Positions 27,030 to 47,106 of a DNA stretch of 64,000 nt are shown piece after piece. Position 1 is the stretch's first letter, and the number at the start of each line of letters is the position of its first letter. The stretch is from the human T2T-CHM13v2.0 reference genome, Homo sapiens, in NCBI RefSeq assembly GCF_009914755.1, contig NC_060948.1; one strand, written 5' to 3'. The position numbers and the translations under genes were made by a program. The notes below the pieces were generated by a model, which was given only the letters and a program-made list of their open reading frames with translations, did not search any database and was not told the DNA's origin.

Positions 27030-28279
27030 TTTTTTTAAAAAATTTTTTAGTATCTATTGATCATTCTTGGGTGTTTCTCAGAGAGGGGGATTTGGCAGGG
27101 TCATAGGACAATAGTGGAGAGAAGGTCAGCAGATAAACATATGAACAAAGGTCTCTGGTTTTCCTAGGCAGAGGACCCTGCGGGCTTCCGCAGTGTTTGT
27201 GCACCTGGGTACTTGAGATTAGGGAGTGGTGATGACTCTTAACGAGCATGCCACCTTCAAGCATCTGTTTAACAAAGCACATCTTGCACCGCCCTTAATC
27301 CATTTAACCCTGAGTGGACACAGCACCTGTTTCAGAGAGCACGGGGTTGGGGGTAAGGTCATAGATTAACAGCATCCCAAGGCAGAAGAATTTTTCTTAG
27401 TACAGAAGAACAAAATGAAGTCCCCTATGTCTACTTCTTTTTACACAGACACAGTAACAATCTGATCTCTCTTTCTTTTCCCCACATTTCCCCCTTTTCT
27501 ATTCGACAAAACCGCCATCGTCATCATGGCCCGTTTTCAATGGGCTGTTGGGTACACCTCCCAGATGGGGTGGCCGCCGGGCAGAGGGGCTCCTCACTTC
27601 TCAGACGGGGTGGCCGGGCGGAGATGCTCCTCACCTCCCAGACGGGGTGGCGGTGGGGCAGAGACACTCCTCACTTCCTAGACGGGGTGGCGGCCGGGAA
27701 GAGGCGCTCCTCACTTCCCAGACTGGGCGGCCGGGCAGAGGGGCTCCTCACATCCCAGACGATGGGTGGCCAGGCAGAGATGCTCCTCACTTCCTAGACC
27801 GGGTGGCTGCCGGGCAGAGGCTGCAATCTCAGCACTTCGGGAGGCCAAGGCAGGCGGCTGGGAGGTGGGGGTTGTAGCGAGCCAAGATCATGCCACTGCA
27901 CTCCAGCCTGGGCAACATTGAGCACTGAGTGAGCGAGACTCCGTCTGCAACCCCGGCACCTCGGGAGGCCGAGGCGGGCAGATCACTCCAGGTCAGGAGC
28001 TGGAGACCAGCCCGGCAAACACGGGGAAACCCGGTCTCCACCAAAAAATACAAAAACCAGTCAGGCGTGGCGGCGCGTGCCTGCAATCCCAGGCACTCAG
28101 CAGGCTGAGGCAGGAGAATCAGGCAGGGAGGTTGCAGTGAGCCGAGATGGCGGCAGTACAGTCCAGCCTTGGCAACAGAAGGAGACTGTGGAAAGCGGGA
28201 GACAGAGATGAGGGAGAGGGGGAGACCGTGGAAAGCGGGAGAAGGAGATGACGGAGAGGAGGGAGAGGGAGAGGGAGAG
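27030..28279 (-). mobile_element. SVA retrotransposon (old, short VNTR; SVA_A/B-like)
   Basis: On +: T-rich tail, SINE-R (gatcattcttgggtgtttctc...gcatctgtttaacaaagcacatc), GC-rich VNTR ~27555-27820 (gctcctcacttcccagacggggtggc), Alu-like region, then (GGGAGA)n hexamers at ~28255-28279. Confidence 0.92.
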
Positions 28280-28344
28280 CCATCTCTTTTAGGCATTAAA
28301 CTTGTTTTATCCACAGAAGACACACACTCAAAGTAAATTGTGTG

Positions 28345-28580
28345 TTTTCAACCTCAGCATTACTGAAATGTGTACTGGATTGTCTTTGTCCTGAGAGGGC
28401 TGTCTTCTGCATCATAGGATGTTAGCAGAATCTCTGGCACCTACCAACTAAATGCCAGTTGCACCCCCACCCTCAATCCTGACAAACAAAAATTTCTCCA
28501 AACATTGTCAAATACCCTTCTGGGGTATGGAGCTGGGGTGTGTGTGTGTAAAATTGTCCCTGGTTAAGAACAACTGAAGG
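28345..28580. mobile_element. MER5/MER20-type DNA transposon remnant
   Basis: ttttcaacctcagcattactga...tttctccaaacattgtcaaat...ccctggttaagaacaactg. Confidence 0.6.
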
Positions 28581-29016
28581 AAATTTTAGAGTATTTACAT
28601 AATTTTAAAGACTTCCAATTAAGTAAACATGGATGCAATTATAGATTATAATAGATTTCTAGTAGGGTAGAATTGTCAACATTTACATTATTAGAAGTAT
28701 TAGGTGTTACAAATGTCAGGAGAAAAGACCAGATAGGGTTACATTTTAAATATTTCTGAAGATATATTTTATAGCATAATATATATTAAAATAGATGATA
28801 CGGGACTAAGCATTATTGTTAAATTCAATCATAGTTTGGACAAAATGTAGTCCTTTTTCATGTCAGTTAAGCAAGTTGACTCATCTATGAATAGATTTTG
28901 ACAAGATTTCTTGTCAAATACAAGAATGAATCCTATGGGACTGCAGTCATCAAGATTGCAGTTGTTATAACTGGTCAAAAAAACACTCATTCCAGATAAG
29001 AATTTCAGTGGGAATA

Positions 29017-29213
29017 TGTGTGTGTGTGTGTGTGTGTGTGTATGTATATTTATATACATATAAATATATATAAATATATACACATATAAATATATATAAA
29101 TATATACACATATAAATATATATAAATATATACACATATAAATATATATAAATATATACACATATAAATATATAAATATATGCATATAAATATATAAATA
29201 TATATACATATAA

Positions 29214-29246
<33 letters not shown>

Positions 29247-29447
29247 AATATATATACTTATACACATATAAATATATATAATTATACACATATAAATATA
29301 TATAATTATACACATATAAATATATATAAATATATGTAAATATATATATTCATATACATATAAATATATGTAAATATATATTCATATACATATAAATATA
29401 TATTCATATACATATAAATATATAAATATTATATATATATATATATA
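29017..29447. repeat. (TG)n followed by an AT-rich ~24-26 bp minisatellite
   Basis: Repeated aaatatatataaatatatacacatat units. Confidence 0.9.
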
Positions 29448-29957
29448 TTTTATACTCTAGGCGGCTTACATCAAATCAAGACTTGCTGGAGCTATATTGT
29501 AATGTGCCCAGTGCATATATACATTTTTTCAATCCTTTTCTATCAGATTGCCAGTGTGCATATTGAATTCTAAGCAACTTCAAATAATTCGATATGGGTG
29601 TATATTAACTACAAATATCCTATTTTTGGCAAACAAAGTCTTTTTACTGAATTTTCTGTGGGTGGTAGGGAGAGTTAGGAAATATAATTTCACACAATAT
29701 CTACTGGGTTAGTGGTTAGGTCAAAAAATTAAGCATAAGCAAAACCGGGTGCTTCGAAAGGATGGCAAAACATATTTGATGTGTTTTTTTGCCCATTTTG
29801 CAGGTATTTGTTTTATGACTGCTATTGAAATGCTTTCATTAATATTTTCTGGCAAAGCAAACACTTTGTTTTGGCAACATTTACTTGGCTTCTAAGGTTG
29901 CTATTATTCAATTGTTCGCTTAATAGAGGAAAAAACTGCTTCAGAGGTGCCTGATGG

Positions 29958-30281
29958 TATTTATTTATTTATTTATTTATTTATTCATTTATTTATTTAT
30001 TTTTGAGATGGAGTCTCACTCTGTTGCCAGGCTGGAGGGCAGTGGCATGATTTCAACTCACTGCAACCTCTGCCTCCCGTGTTCAGGCAATTCTCCTGTC
30101 CCAGCCTCCTGCGTAGCTAGGACTATAGGCATGTGCCACCATGCCCAGCTAATTTTTGTATATTTAGTAGAAACAGGGTTTCACCATGTTGGCCAGGATT
30201 GTCTGGATCTCTTGACCGCATGATCCACCCACCTCGGCCCCTTAAAGTGATGTGCTTACAGGTGTGAGCCACCGCGCCCAG
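29958..30281 (-). mobile_element. AluS (Sc-like) element
   Basis: Antisense Alu with (TTTA)n tail. Confidence 0.88.
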
Positions 30282-31524
30282 AATTTTTTTTTTTTTTTTT
30301 TTTTAGAACAAGTCTGTAGGGTTATGTGGAGCTATGGTTCAGGAATCAAATAAATACCTGAAGGAGCAGAATAAGCTCATCTGATTGGCAGGGAAGGGGA
30401 TAGCTCCTGGCAGAGGGTTCAGAATTCTTAAAAAAGAAGAATAAAAAGAAAACACAAAGAGCTTGAAGGTAAAAATTGGATGACAGCTATAGGCAGATAC
30501 AGACTAATGGAAGTAAGCAACAGAAGCAGATTCAAGGGAATTTGCAATTTCCCTTTGTTCTAGGTTTCTGTATTCCATATTTTTTTTTCCTCTGGCCCAC
30601 CTTACTGTCAGAAGCTATCACGAAAAGTCAGAAGCTAAGTTTGTGACGTAGATGTTGGTTAGACATAAATATAAGTTTCTGCTAAACTGGATTATGAATA
30701 CAGAAGAATTTGTCCTACAGACAAGAATAAAATCAACTTAATAGATTCTATGGCATGTCTGGAGAAAAGAAAATTTGGCAATTGCAATCTATCAATATAT
30801 GGCAAGCTGAATGTAAAAGTCAGGAAGTAAGGGATAGTAAGCTGAAATCTATGATCAAGATACAAGTGTTGGTAGTCCCTGAAGGACAAAGAAAACAGCA
30901 TGTTGAATTCTGAGTGACAAAGACCAGGAGGGTTTTCCATTTGGGTTGGATTCCTTGTTTCTTGCGGCTACATAAATTCTCCTATGACATAATCAAGGCT
31001 TATGGAGTAAAACAATCAGTACAGCAAAGGCCAGGAGAAAAAGAAATATTCCATCTAGAGACAGATTGTAGGGATATGGGGAAAAATACAAAGTTTTATT
31101 TTGTTAACAATCTTTATTGCTTATGCAGTTGACTCAAAAAAAAAAAAAAAAAAAAAAGTTAAGATCACCTTCCACTCACAGCATCTCCGCATCAATTTGT
31201 GGAGTCTAAAAAGGAAACCCAGTTTATATCCAAGTGTGGGTCTTGATACCTACAAATTTTATTAGCTTTATTCAGAAAATTAACAAATAAAACTTCCACT
31301 GTGAGAAGCTTCCATCTTATAACCTGGAGAGACATAAATATAATTAGTAAACTTTTGTTTCCAAAGCAAGTGTGTTTGTGTTTCCCAAGCAAGATTGGCT
31401 GTTCCCTCCATCCACTGAAAGAACAATCTGTTTACCCCCACTTGGCTTTCTTGCTTTTAACTTCCCTGGGACCTGCCCATGCTAAACTTACCCCAAAGTG
31501 GGTGGTTTGCACAAGAACCGAGGT

Positions 31525-31742
31525 CAGTGGCCCTCAGTCACAGCGCTACTGACATTTGGAGCTGGATCATCCTCTGTGGTGGGATTGTCTTGGGCCTTGT
31601 GAATATTTTGCAGCATCCCTGGCCTCCATGCACTCGATGCCAGGAACATCACCCTCCCTGGTGACAACTAAAAATGCCTCCAGACGTTGCCTAATGTGCC
31701 CTGGGGGACAACGTCACCCCTGGGTGGGAACCACTGAGCTAG
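31525..31742. mobile_element. MER20-like DNA transposon
   Basis: ctactgacatttggagctggatcatcctctgtggtggg...gtgacaactaaaaatgcctccagacgttgcc...gaaccactg. Confidence 0.75.
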
Positions 31743-32454
31743 ATTGATGCCCTCTGCATAGAAGGATTGTACTAATTCCACAGTGTGGGAGACTTGGCAA
31801 ATTATATCACAACAATTTATTGAAGATGTACACAGCACAATCACTCTAACATACTTTTATTGCCCAGTTAAAAATTCCTCCAGGGGTTGCTACAGATACC
31901 TATCTAGGCTGTTTGAACTCTACCTGACTAGGCATTCAAAATTAATGTGCCTCAAGATGTTACGATCAAACCAATTTGTTTGATCACTATCATTGATGTA
32001 AAGCTATTTGGACTTGAATAATATGTGTACCATATACATGCAGGTCAATTTTTAAAAATCTCAATCAGATTAAACAGTCTCACTCTGAAAAAAATATTTT
32101 TAAAGAAGATAATTGTCCCTTCAATATAGCTATTTATCCTTGCCTTTTTAAAAATAATGTGAAAAAACAAGAGTACTTTTTCCTCTAATGTAATATTTCT
32201 TCATTCACACTCCTAAACAAATTCAATTTCTTTGAATAGCAAGTATTTTTTTTTTACTGCAGACATAAAGGTTTACTTGTTTCCTAAGTTATTTGTAGTG
32301 ACTCTGAATATGTATTTTCAACAATGTATTAACAGAATATTTCTGGTTATTCAAAACTTATTTTTCTGACATCTTTTTAAATTCTCATTGATTTAATCCA
32401 TGTATAATATATTTTTAAAATTTTTGAAATACTCTTAATCTTAAGAATAATTGC

Positions 32455-33208
<754 letters not shown>

Positions 33209-33329
33209 TCAGAAACTTAAAACTTGGCATGTTAACTGCCACAGATCCCCTTCAAAGTTTGCCAGTTGTCCTCATAATGTCCCTCACAGTGGAAAGATTC
33301 AATAGGGAATCATGCATTGTATTTAGCTG

Positions 33330-33368
<39 letters not shown>

Positions 33369-33764
33369 TGGTGGGGGGATGTCTCTTTTAATCTGAAATT
33401 GTCTCTTAGCCTTTCTTGGACTGTCATGACCTTGATGTTTTTGAAGGTTTCATGCCTGTTAGTTTGCCTCGTCATTTTTTCTTGTGTTTGCTCATCATTA
33501 GATTTGGATTATGCATATGTAGCAGGAACACTACAAATGTCATTCTGTGTTCTTTGCCCTGCATCCCGTCTGGTGGTAGATTTGTCTCCTGGCTTGTCCA
33601 TCTTGATCACTTCATTAGGGCAGAGTATTCCAAGTTTTTCTGTAGTAATCAACAGAACTTTGTACAGAGGTACTTTGGTATCCATGTAAATATTACATTC
33701 CTCGTCAAATTTGTACCCATATTGTACACAAATATCTATTGATATTTCTTTTTCTCTCTCTCTC

Positions 33765-34032
33765 TTTTTTTTTTTTTTAAGGCAGGGTCTTGCTCTCTTG
33801 CCCAGGCTGAAGTACAGAGGTGCAATCATAGCTCATTGCAGCCTCCAACTCCTAGGATCAACTGATCCTCCTACCTCAGCCTCCTGAGTAGCTGGGACTA
33901 CAGGGACAGTCATCAGGCCCAGCTAATTTTTAATTGTCTTTGCAGAGATCAGGTCTTGCCGCATTTCCCAGGCTGCTCTTGAACTCCTGGCCTCAAGCAA
34001 TTCTCCCACCTCAGCCTCCCAAAGTGCCGGGC
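33765..34032 (-). mobile_element. AluJ element (mirror ~61991-62258)
   Basis: ggcagggtcttgctct...atagctcattgcagcctccaactcc...cccaaagtgc. Confidence 0.85.
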
Positions 34033-34722
34033 ATTAATATTTCTTGAATGAATTATTATAGTTATCATTATGAAATAGCAATATTCTAATTCCACCATTT
34101 CTTCTACATTCTATCAATTGACATTGCACAGTAACGTATAACCTGGGCTCATAGAGTCCTTTTATTAAACAGGTTATAATCTATTTCTGTCATTATTTAT
34201 TTTTATTTGATGCTTATTTCTTGTTGAATCCATGCAACTATTTACTGATCCATTATTTTGGGCATTCACTCTTTTTTTAGGCAGTCCCTCTCTTACATTT
34301 TTCCTGTCACTTTTTCACCTTCACTTGTCTCTTCTAGATTTTAAACGTGTGTATCTTGCAAGATTAATGTTGTGCATCTCTTCTGATTCCATGAGACTTC
34401 CTTTATTCAATGGGTGAATAAATGTCCAAGGCTCCCACTGGGTTTTTCTAAGCAATCTGGTTCAGCCTTTGGAGCTGTTTAATGACCTGGCCACCTCAGC
34501 TTCAGCATCTCAGAAAAGTTCCAAGATGTGAAGGAATCTTATTACATGCAAGTTCTCACCTTGCCATATTTTGACTTTTTCTGCCATTTAAACAACACAA
34601 TGGTCACTGCCAAGGGGGTCCAGCATTCTGAGCTATCACACATTCACCCCAGGCAGGCCAACCTTGGATTGCATTACTTGTCATGCCGTTAATGCAAAGA
34701 TTAACATAGTGACAGCTGCCAT

Positions 34723-34727
34723 TCTTT

Positions 34728-34775
<48 letters not shown>

Positions 34776-34788
34776 TTCTTTTTTTTTT
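34723..34788. repeat. (CTTT)n microsatellite (mirror ~61235-61300)
   Basis: Tetranucleotide run of the same length in both arms. Confidence 0.9.
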
Positions 34789-37164
34789 AATGGTTGGAGC
34801 ATTATCTGAAGCAAATATGTTCCCACGCAGCTGCTGTATCTATGATTACACTTTCATTTTGATAATGACAAGCTTTTGAATAAAAGTGCTGGTGAGTTTC
34901 TTGAAAACAGTTACAGTAACAGAGTTGAACATTTATTCACATTATTTCCAAATTTGCAAAAGAGGAGAGTAACTAATTTATTTATCTATCCTCCTACTTC
35001 TCTTTGTAGCAGAGGAATTCACACTTATGTACCAATAATAGCTCATCATCCTCCCTGCTAAACTTAACTTGCATTCTACGCATAGAATGCATTCACTTAA
35101 CTTACATTCTACTCATACTGATTTTAAAAATATGACCTTTTAGTTTTCTGTGGAAAGTCAAATCTTCTCTATAAACAGCACACAATAGGTAGAAAACCTA
35201 ATTTCCGATTTAAAATATTTCAGTCTCTTGCTAAGCAAGTTCCTTTCAGTTTATACATCTGCTCTAGTAAAGTGGAATTTCTTATCACCCCTGTTTTAAG
35301 CAATCACTTATGGGTACCTTAGACCCTTTGGGTAGATGCTCAGCTGGTGAGAGCCCTACTCACCTTCCTCTTCCCCAAGATGGTGGATAAGTTTATGAAG
35401 GTGTCACTTTGTACAATGGGATGGGGGCCCTGGGCTCTCTCTGGTCCCTGTATGTGCATGGCTTGTTCCCTCTGTGTGGGGTTTGTCTCCATCCAGCCAC
35501 AAAACTCCTCCATTTGATATGCAGTTTTTGCCTTGGAATATTTCTTAGTTTTGTCTCTTCTAGCATGTTGGAGGTCTAATGGTCTTTCCCTATGGACTTA
35601 GCCCCACTTGAGCTCTTGCTGCTACTAGATGTCTGGTGGCGACTCCTCTTCCATTGCTAGCCCCTGCATTCTGCTCTGCCTCTGGTTGTTAGCAGGCAAC
35701 TCCGCCTGCAGCAACCCCGTGGGAAGTCCACCAGTCTGTACTGCCTGCCAACTGTACTTCTCCCCAGTGATACAGGGAGTAGAATCTTCTGCTAACACAG
35801 ACATACATACTGCCTCCACAGGTGGCCACCCTCGTTGCTGTGGGACATCTGTGCAAATGTCTTCTCCCACTTTCCAAAAGAGCAAGCAGCACTCCACCCA
35901 CCAGTGTGACTCTCAACCCATGTAAACTCATCTCAGCGGTACCCCAAGGAAGGAGATCAAGTTATATGCTCCTACTGTCAGTTTTACTCTCATCCACATC
36001 TTCTTCCTGCATGTCCCTGGTTTGGAAGAAACAGCTTGTTTTTTTGTCCAACATCAGTGATTCTTAAACTTGACTGTACCAGGGAAGCTTTTAAAAAATG
36101 CTGATGTTTGGGTCATGCAGATTCTCAGTCACTGTTCGGGGTATGTCCTACATGAAATAGTGTTTTGCAAATCATTTCCAACATGCAGCCAGGATTACAA
36201 AACATTACCTTGTATCCTGAGTTCTCTTTACTCTTGGCATAACATTGAAATCTGTTATATCTTGTGTATGTGTGTGCCCGTGTGTATGTCTATGTGTGTG
36301 CATGTAGAGAAAGAGAGAGAAACTGTGTGTGTGGCCTCATAATAGGTTAAATCTTAAAGGTTACAATCTGGGAAATTTTGACTTAAAGAATCCTTTTGTC
36401 TCTCTCAACAAATTATGGTCTTTACAGCTGTTGTCTCTAAAGAAAGAAAGAAAAAAAAACCCCTGTGCTTGTCAATAGCTCAACACGGCCTCTTTATTTC
36501 CCTTTGCACTTTACTCAGTAGCTCGATATTCTGCATTTTGTAGCAATAGTTCAGAAGCCACTCTCTCTGCCTTAGGCCTCTGGATACCTCAGAATGCCTC
36601 AGGATGCCTAGCGAGAAGGATATGCTCACAGAAATGCAAAAACGGAAGCACATCAGTAAAGTTTGCAAAATATGACCTTTGCATCACTGCTATTATCCTC
36701 CTCACAGCAAATGAGGCACTTCTAAGTGAAGATTACATTTACTGAGCCACATAAACCAAGGGTTATAAAGTATGAAATATGGAACCAATAGGGAAAGAAA
36801 TTTATTTTTAGAGAGACAAAGGGACTTGCCCAAGGTAGCACAATTATGTAAGGATCTAACCAAAGGCACCATTTCCGTGGAGGTCAGGAAGCAGCTCTGT
36901 GGGAGTAGGGCCAGGAGGTTAAAATCCAAGTGGCTTAAAGGTAATGTAGTAGCTTTCAATAGAATGTAGAAAGAACAAAGAGCAGGGCCTGTTTTCTCTC
37001 CTTCTTGATACCTCTACGAGGCTATTACTGCAGCCTAATGATCCAAGAGTCAATAAGAACGAGGGATGGAGTTTCTGCCTGTTCTGTCATTATTAAGTTT
37101 TTATTCACCAAAGTGTTATTGATAACTATCTTTTGGAACTATGGCTCAACAAACGATGAAAGCA

Positions 37165-37395
37165 GCCTAGGTGAAGTGGATCATGCCTGTAATCCCAGTG
37201 CTTTGAGGTGGGAGGATCACTTGAGGGTAGGAGTTCAAGATCAGCCTGGGCAACACAGGCTGAAGTGGGAGGATTGCTTGAACCCAGGAGTTCAAGGCTG
37301 CAGTGGGTCTTCATTGCACGGCTCTACTCCAGCATGGGTGACAGAGCAACATCTGTCTTTGAACACACAAGGAAGTAAAAAAGAAAAAAGAAAAC
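37165..37395 (+). mobile_element. AluJ with internal deletion (mirror ~58630-58860)
   Basis: catgcctgtaatcccag...cagcctgggcaaca joined directly to caggctgaagtgggaggattgcttgaacccaggag. Confidence 0.75.
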
Positions 37396-38764
37396 AAATA
37401 TACACATGGATAAGTATAAATGCTAATGATAAACTGACTTATCAATATTTTGTTTCACATGAGTGATATTTTCACAGCCACTGGATTACTTATTAGTGGT
37501 TCTAAACCAGAGGTGATTTTGCCCTCCCAGGGGGCATTTAGCAGTATCTGGAGGCATTTCACATTTTATGGTACTTTTCATGTTTCCTAAAGCTTTTGAA
37601 AAACTGACCTTCTTAATTGACTACTTATGATGCTTTCAATATTCAAATTGTTCAATTGTAATTCAACTTTCTCCGTTTCACTGTTTATTTGCTCTTCTCT
37701 GACCTTCACGATTTTGGCAAAGTTAAAAACTTGTGTTGGGTCACAGACCACTAAGATAGAGGTCTGAGCCTAATTATTATTAACTTATTGGTTGCAGAAA
37801 CAGCTCTTGTATTGACACTAGCTAGATTTATTTTATTTAATTATTTTGGAATGTGCAAATATTATGCAGTCGATGTGCCTCAGAGGATTATTTTCTTTCA
37901 CTTTTTAAAGTAAAACTAGAAGTTGATATTTTAGCATTCAATATTCTTCACTTTGGGGGACAGATGAACTTCAAAATAAAACATGAAGAGCAACTGTACT
38001 CTAAGGAAAAAACAGCTACATCCAAACTAGGCAAGAATGTTCTATAGTGGAATATTTTATGCTGTAGAGAATATTTTACAAGTCATAGCAATGGATTGTG
38101 CACACACCTTTATCTTGCCAGAAATGCACTTTATGACTTCTTTTCTTATTCCAAAAGGATAGTAATACCTGATCATCTTCTACTCAATTTTGAAAACATT
38201 TATGCTTTCAGGTACAGTTTTACCCAATATGTGGGCTGGGCTGGTTTCAAAAATATTCATATGGAGGTTGCTAATTATAGGATCTCGGGAACTTTTGCAA
38301 ATAAACACAGACACCTGAATTCAAGAAAAAAGGAAGCTGATTAGAAATAGAAGCCTATTTTAAGTAAAAGAGATTATCTTATGCAACCTGGGTGGGCCTG
38401 ACTTTACACTGAAAGGCCTTAAAAGCTAGTCTGAGGAGAAAGAAAGAAAAAAGATAGAGAAGGATGAGAGAGCAGAGAGAAAGAGGAAGAAGAGGAGAAA
38501 GAGGAGGAAGGAGAAATTCTACTTGTGGACAATAGTTTCAGCTTGTGCCTGTGAAGTTTAAGCCTGTTGGTGATCTTCCCCTCCTTACTAAGGTCTACAA
38601 TTACTTAAGTGAATTCCTGATAACAAATCAATCTATAGATAGACAGATATAATATGCAAATGTTTTAGCAGCTGTTCATACTTTATATCTGCAAAGTCCT
38701 TTCACAGCAACAACTAGATCGAATGACAGAAGACTGTAGCCTAGGCAACCTGACACACTAATAC

Positions 38765-38978
38765 ATGGCATGAGGCAAGAGAGAATGAGAGCCAAGCAAA
38801 AGGGGAAACCACTTTAAAACCACCAGAACTTGTGAGACTTATTACTATGAGAACAGTATGGAGAAACTGCCCCCATGATTCAATTATCTGCCACCGGCTC
38901 CCTCCCACAACACATGGGAATTATGGGAGCTATAAACTCAAGATGAGAATTGGGTGGGGGCACAGCCAAACCATATCA
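38765..38978 (-). mobile_element. THE1/MST LTR fragment (mirror ~57045-57258)
   Basis: cccatgattcaattatc...ggctccctcccacaacacatggga...cacagccaaaccatatca. Confidence 0.8.
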
Positions 38979-39177
38979 GTATTTCAATTATAATTCTAAT
39001 TTTTATTTTCTGTTATTTAAAGATAAGACTGGCTACTATATATGCAATTTGTATTCTGCAATCATGCTAGATTTACTTAGTTATAGAAAGATTTATTTTG
39101 TCTTTAGGTTTGTTTTGCATTGGCGATTATATTATCTCAAATACAGATTATTTAATTTCTTCCTTTAAGAAAAAAAA

Positions 39178-45186
<6,009 letters not shown>

Positions 45187-45711
45187 TAGGAGCACATTGA
45201 GACCTTAGCAAAGTTATCAAAAATCCACGAGTTTGAGCTGATTTATAGAGCACAGTATTACAGAATGGTGATTTCCTGTTTCCGGCTTTCCACAGTGCAC
45301 CAATTAACTAATAATGTGTATCTTATCCACAGGCAGCAGAGGTCCTCCCCTGAACTATTAGCTTCAGCAACTTGCTCTCCTGTTCTTGTTTAAACACATG
45401 ACATCACTTAATCATGAATTCCTTCCTGCAGAGGTTTAGAACAAAAACCAATGTGAAATATTTGTCAATTCCATCTGACCTTGTTAATTTTGAGCAACTC
45501 AGCAACTCTCATGCCAGCGTCCTGGATGATATTTGAACATGTTTCAGGTTCCAGTCATAGACTATGAAAGAACAAGGTCCAGTTCACACTTAGTTTTCCA
45601 AATACATAGTTCTTTGCATTTGCATATATTGCTTTACATTTTATAAAATATGATGTACTGTCTCATTGGATTCTTCCAGATAACCACAGTGCATTACATT
45701 TATAATTTATT

Positions 45712-46030
45712 TATTGATTTATTTGGAGATGGAGTCTCACTCTGTCGTCCAGGCTGGAGTGCAGTGGCACGATCTCAGCTCACTGCAACCTCCACCTCTC
45801 ATGTTCAACCGATTCTCCATTCTCCTGCCTCAGCCTCCCAAGTAGCTGGGACTACAGGTGCACATCACCACGCCCAGTTAATTTTTGCATTTTTCTTTTT
45901 TCTTTTTTTTTTAGTAGAGATAGTGTTTCACCATGCTGGCCAGGATGGTCTTGAACTCTTGAGCTCATGATCTGCCCACCTTGGCCTCCCAGAGTGCTGG
46001 GATTACAGGCGTGAGCCACCTCTCCCAGTC
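45712..46030 (-). mobile_element. AluS element (mirror ~49993-50311)
   Basis: Antisense Alu body, apparently identical in both arms. Confidence 0.88.
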
Positions 46031-46980
46031 CTACAGTTATAATTTTAAACATGGATAAAATAGGGTGCAGACATATTAAATCCAATAATTGGAAGTGGCC
46101 GTTTGGGGAACGTTGCCTAACGTGTAGTGCATACTTAATTACTAGTTTTTTGAATGGATACGTATTTGTGTTTGGAAGTAAGAAACATTGTATTGTTGTT
46201 GTTTTAATAATAGTTGTCTTTGTTTATGACATAGACAGGTGGGCAAGACATATTAACTAGGTTTCAAAACAGATTTAAATCCCAATTCTGTTGTTAACAA
46301 GATTTTATGGAATAACACTTATGGGGCCAGAAGCAGGATAAGATAAGGTAAGCCCTTCCTCCCTTAGTGAGTAAGATATCATTAGGACAGAGACATGAAT
46401 GCAGAGAGTACTGATGTTGTGGCTAGTGGGAAGGCAAGGCCCAATTCTAGATAAGAAGGAAGAAAGCAAAAGTGGTTCTGGAATCAAGGTCTGTCTTTCC
46501 ACCATATTCTTTTCTATTATTCAGCTGTTTCCTTCTCTAAACTATATTTGAATTTACTCAGCTGGAAAGCAGGAATTTCAGTTCCAGGTACTGTTTTATC
46601 CCAAGATTTTCTCTGATAGCTTGAGAGTCCTTTTCATGCATATGTTAACAAAGCATAATGTGGGCTCTATATAGTAAACTCAATTCCCTTTGGATACTCC
46701 TGCAATCCTACGCAGCCCAACACTCTATCCTGGGTGCCTTCTTAATTCCTCCATAATAAGGTATTAGAATCTCACTATGGCTCCATCAATATGAAGAGTT
46801 GGAAGTTTCCATGTGCTGTGAAAATTGTGTGTTCAACTACCCACGAGATCTACCCAAAGAAATGTCCTGCAATACCCCAAACTGAGGTATGAGACTAAAA
46901 TGATTAAATTCCTCCATGTGACATCCTTCTCGTCTTCTTTTCCCAGTGACTCAAATCACAATCTTTGCCATTTATCTTCC

Positions 46981-47075
46981 TATATTAGTCAGGGTTCTCC
47001 ACAGAACCAGTACGAATAGAATGGATAGATGGATAGATAGACAGACAGACAGGCAGGCAGGCAGATAGATAGATT

Positions 47076-47106
<31 letters not shown>

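Noticed and set aside
27540-28323. ORFs of 85-164 aa
   Set aside because: Derived from the SVA VNTR and Alu-like region.
28829-29315. Tyr/Ile-rich ORFs (also 10718-11072)
   Set aside because: Translations of (TA)-rich repeats.
35625-36067. Cluster of overlapping 80-98 aa ORFs in a GC-richer patch
   Set aside because: No recognisable domain or splice structure; more likely an old LTR-type remnant that I cannot name.
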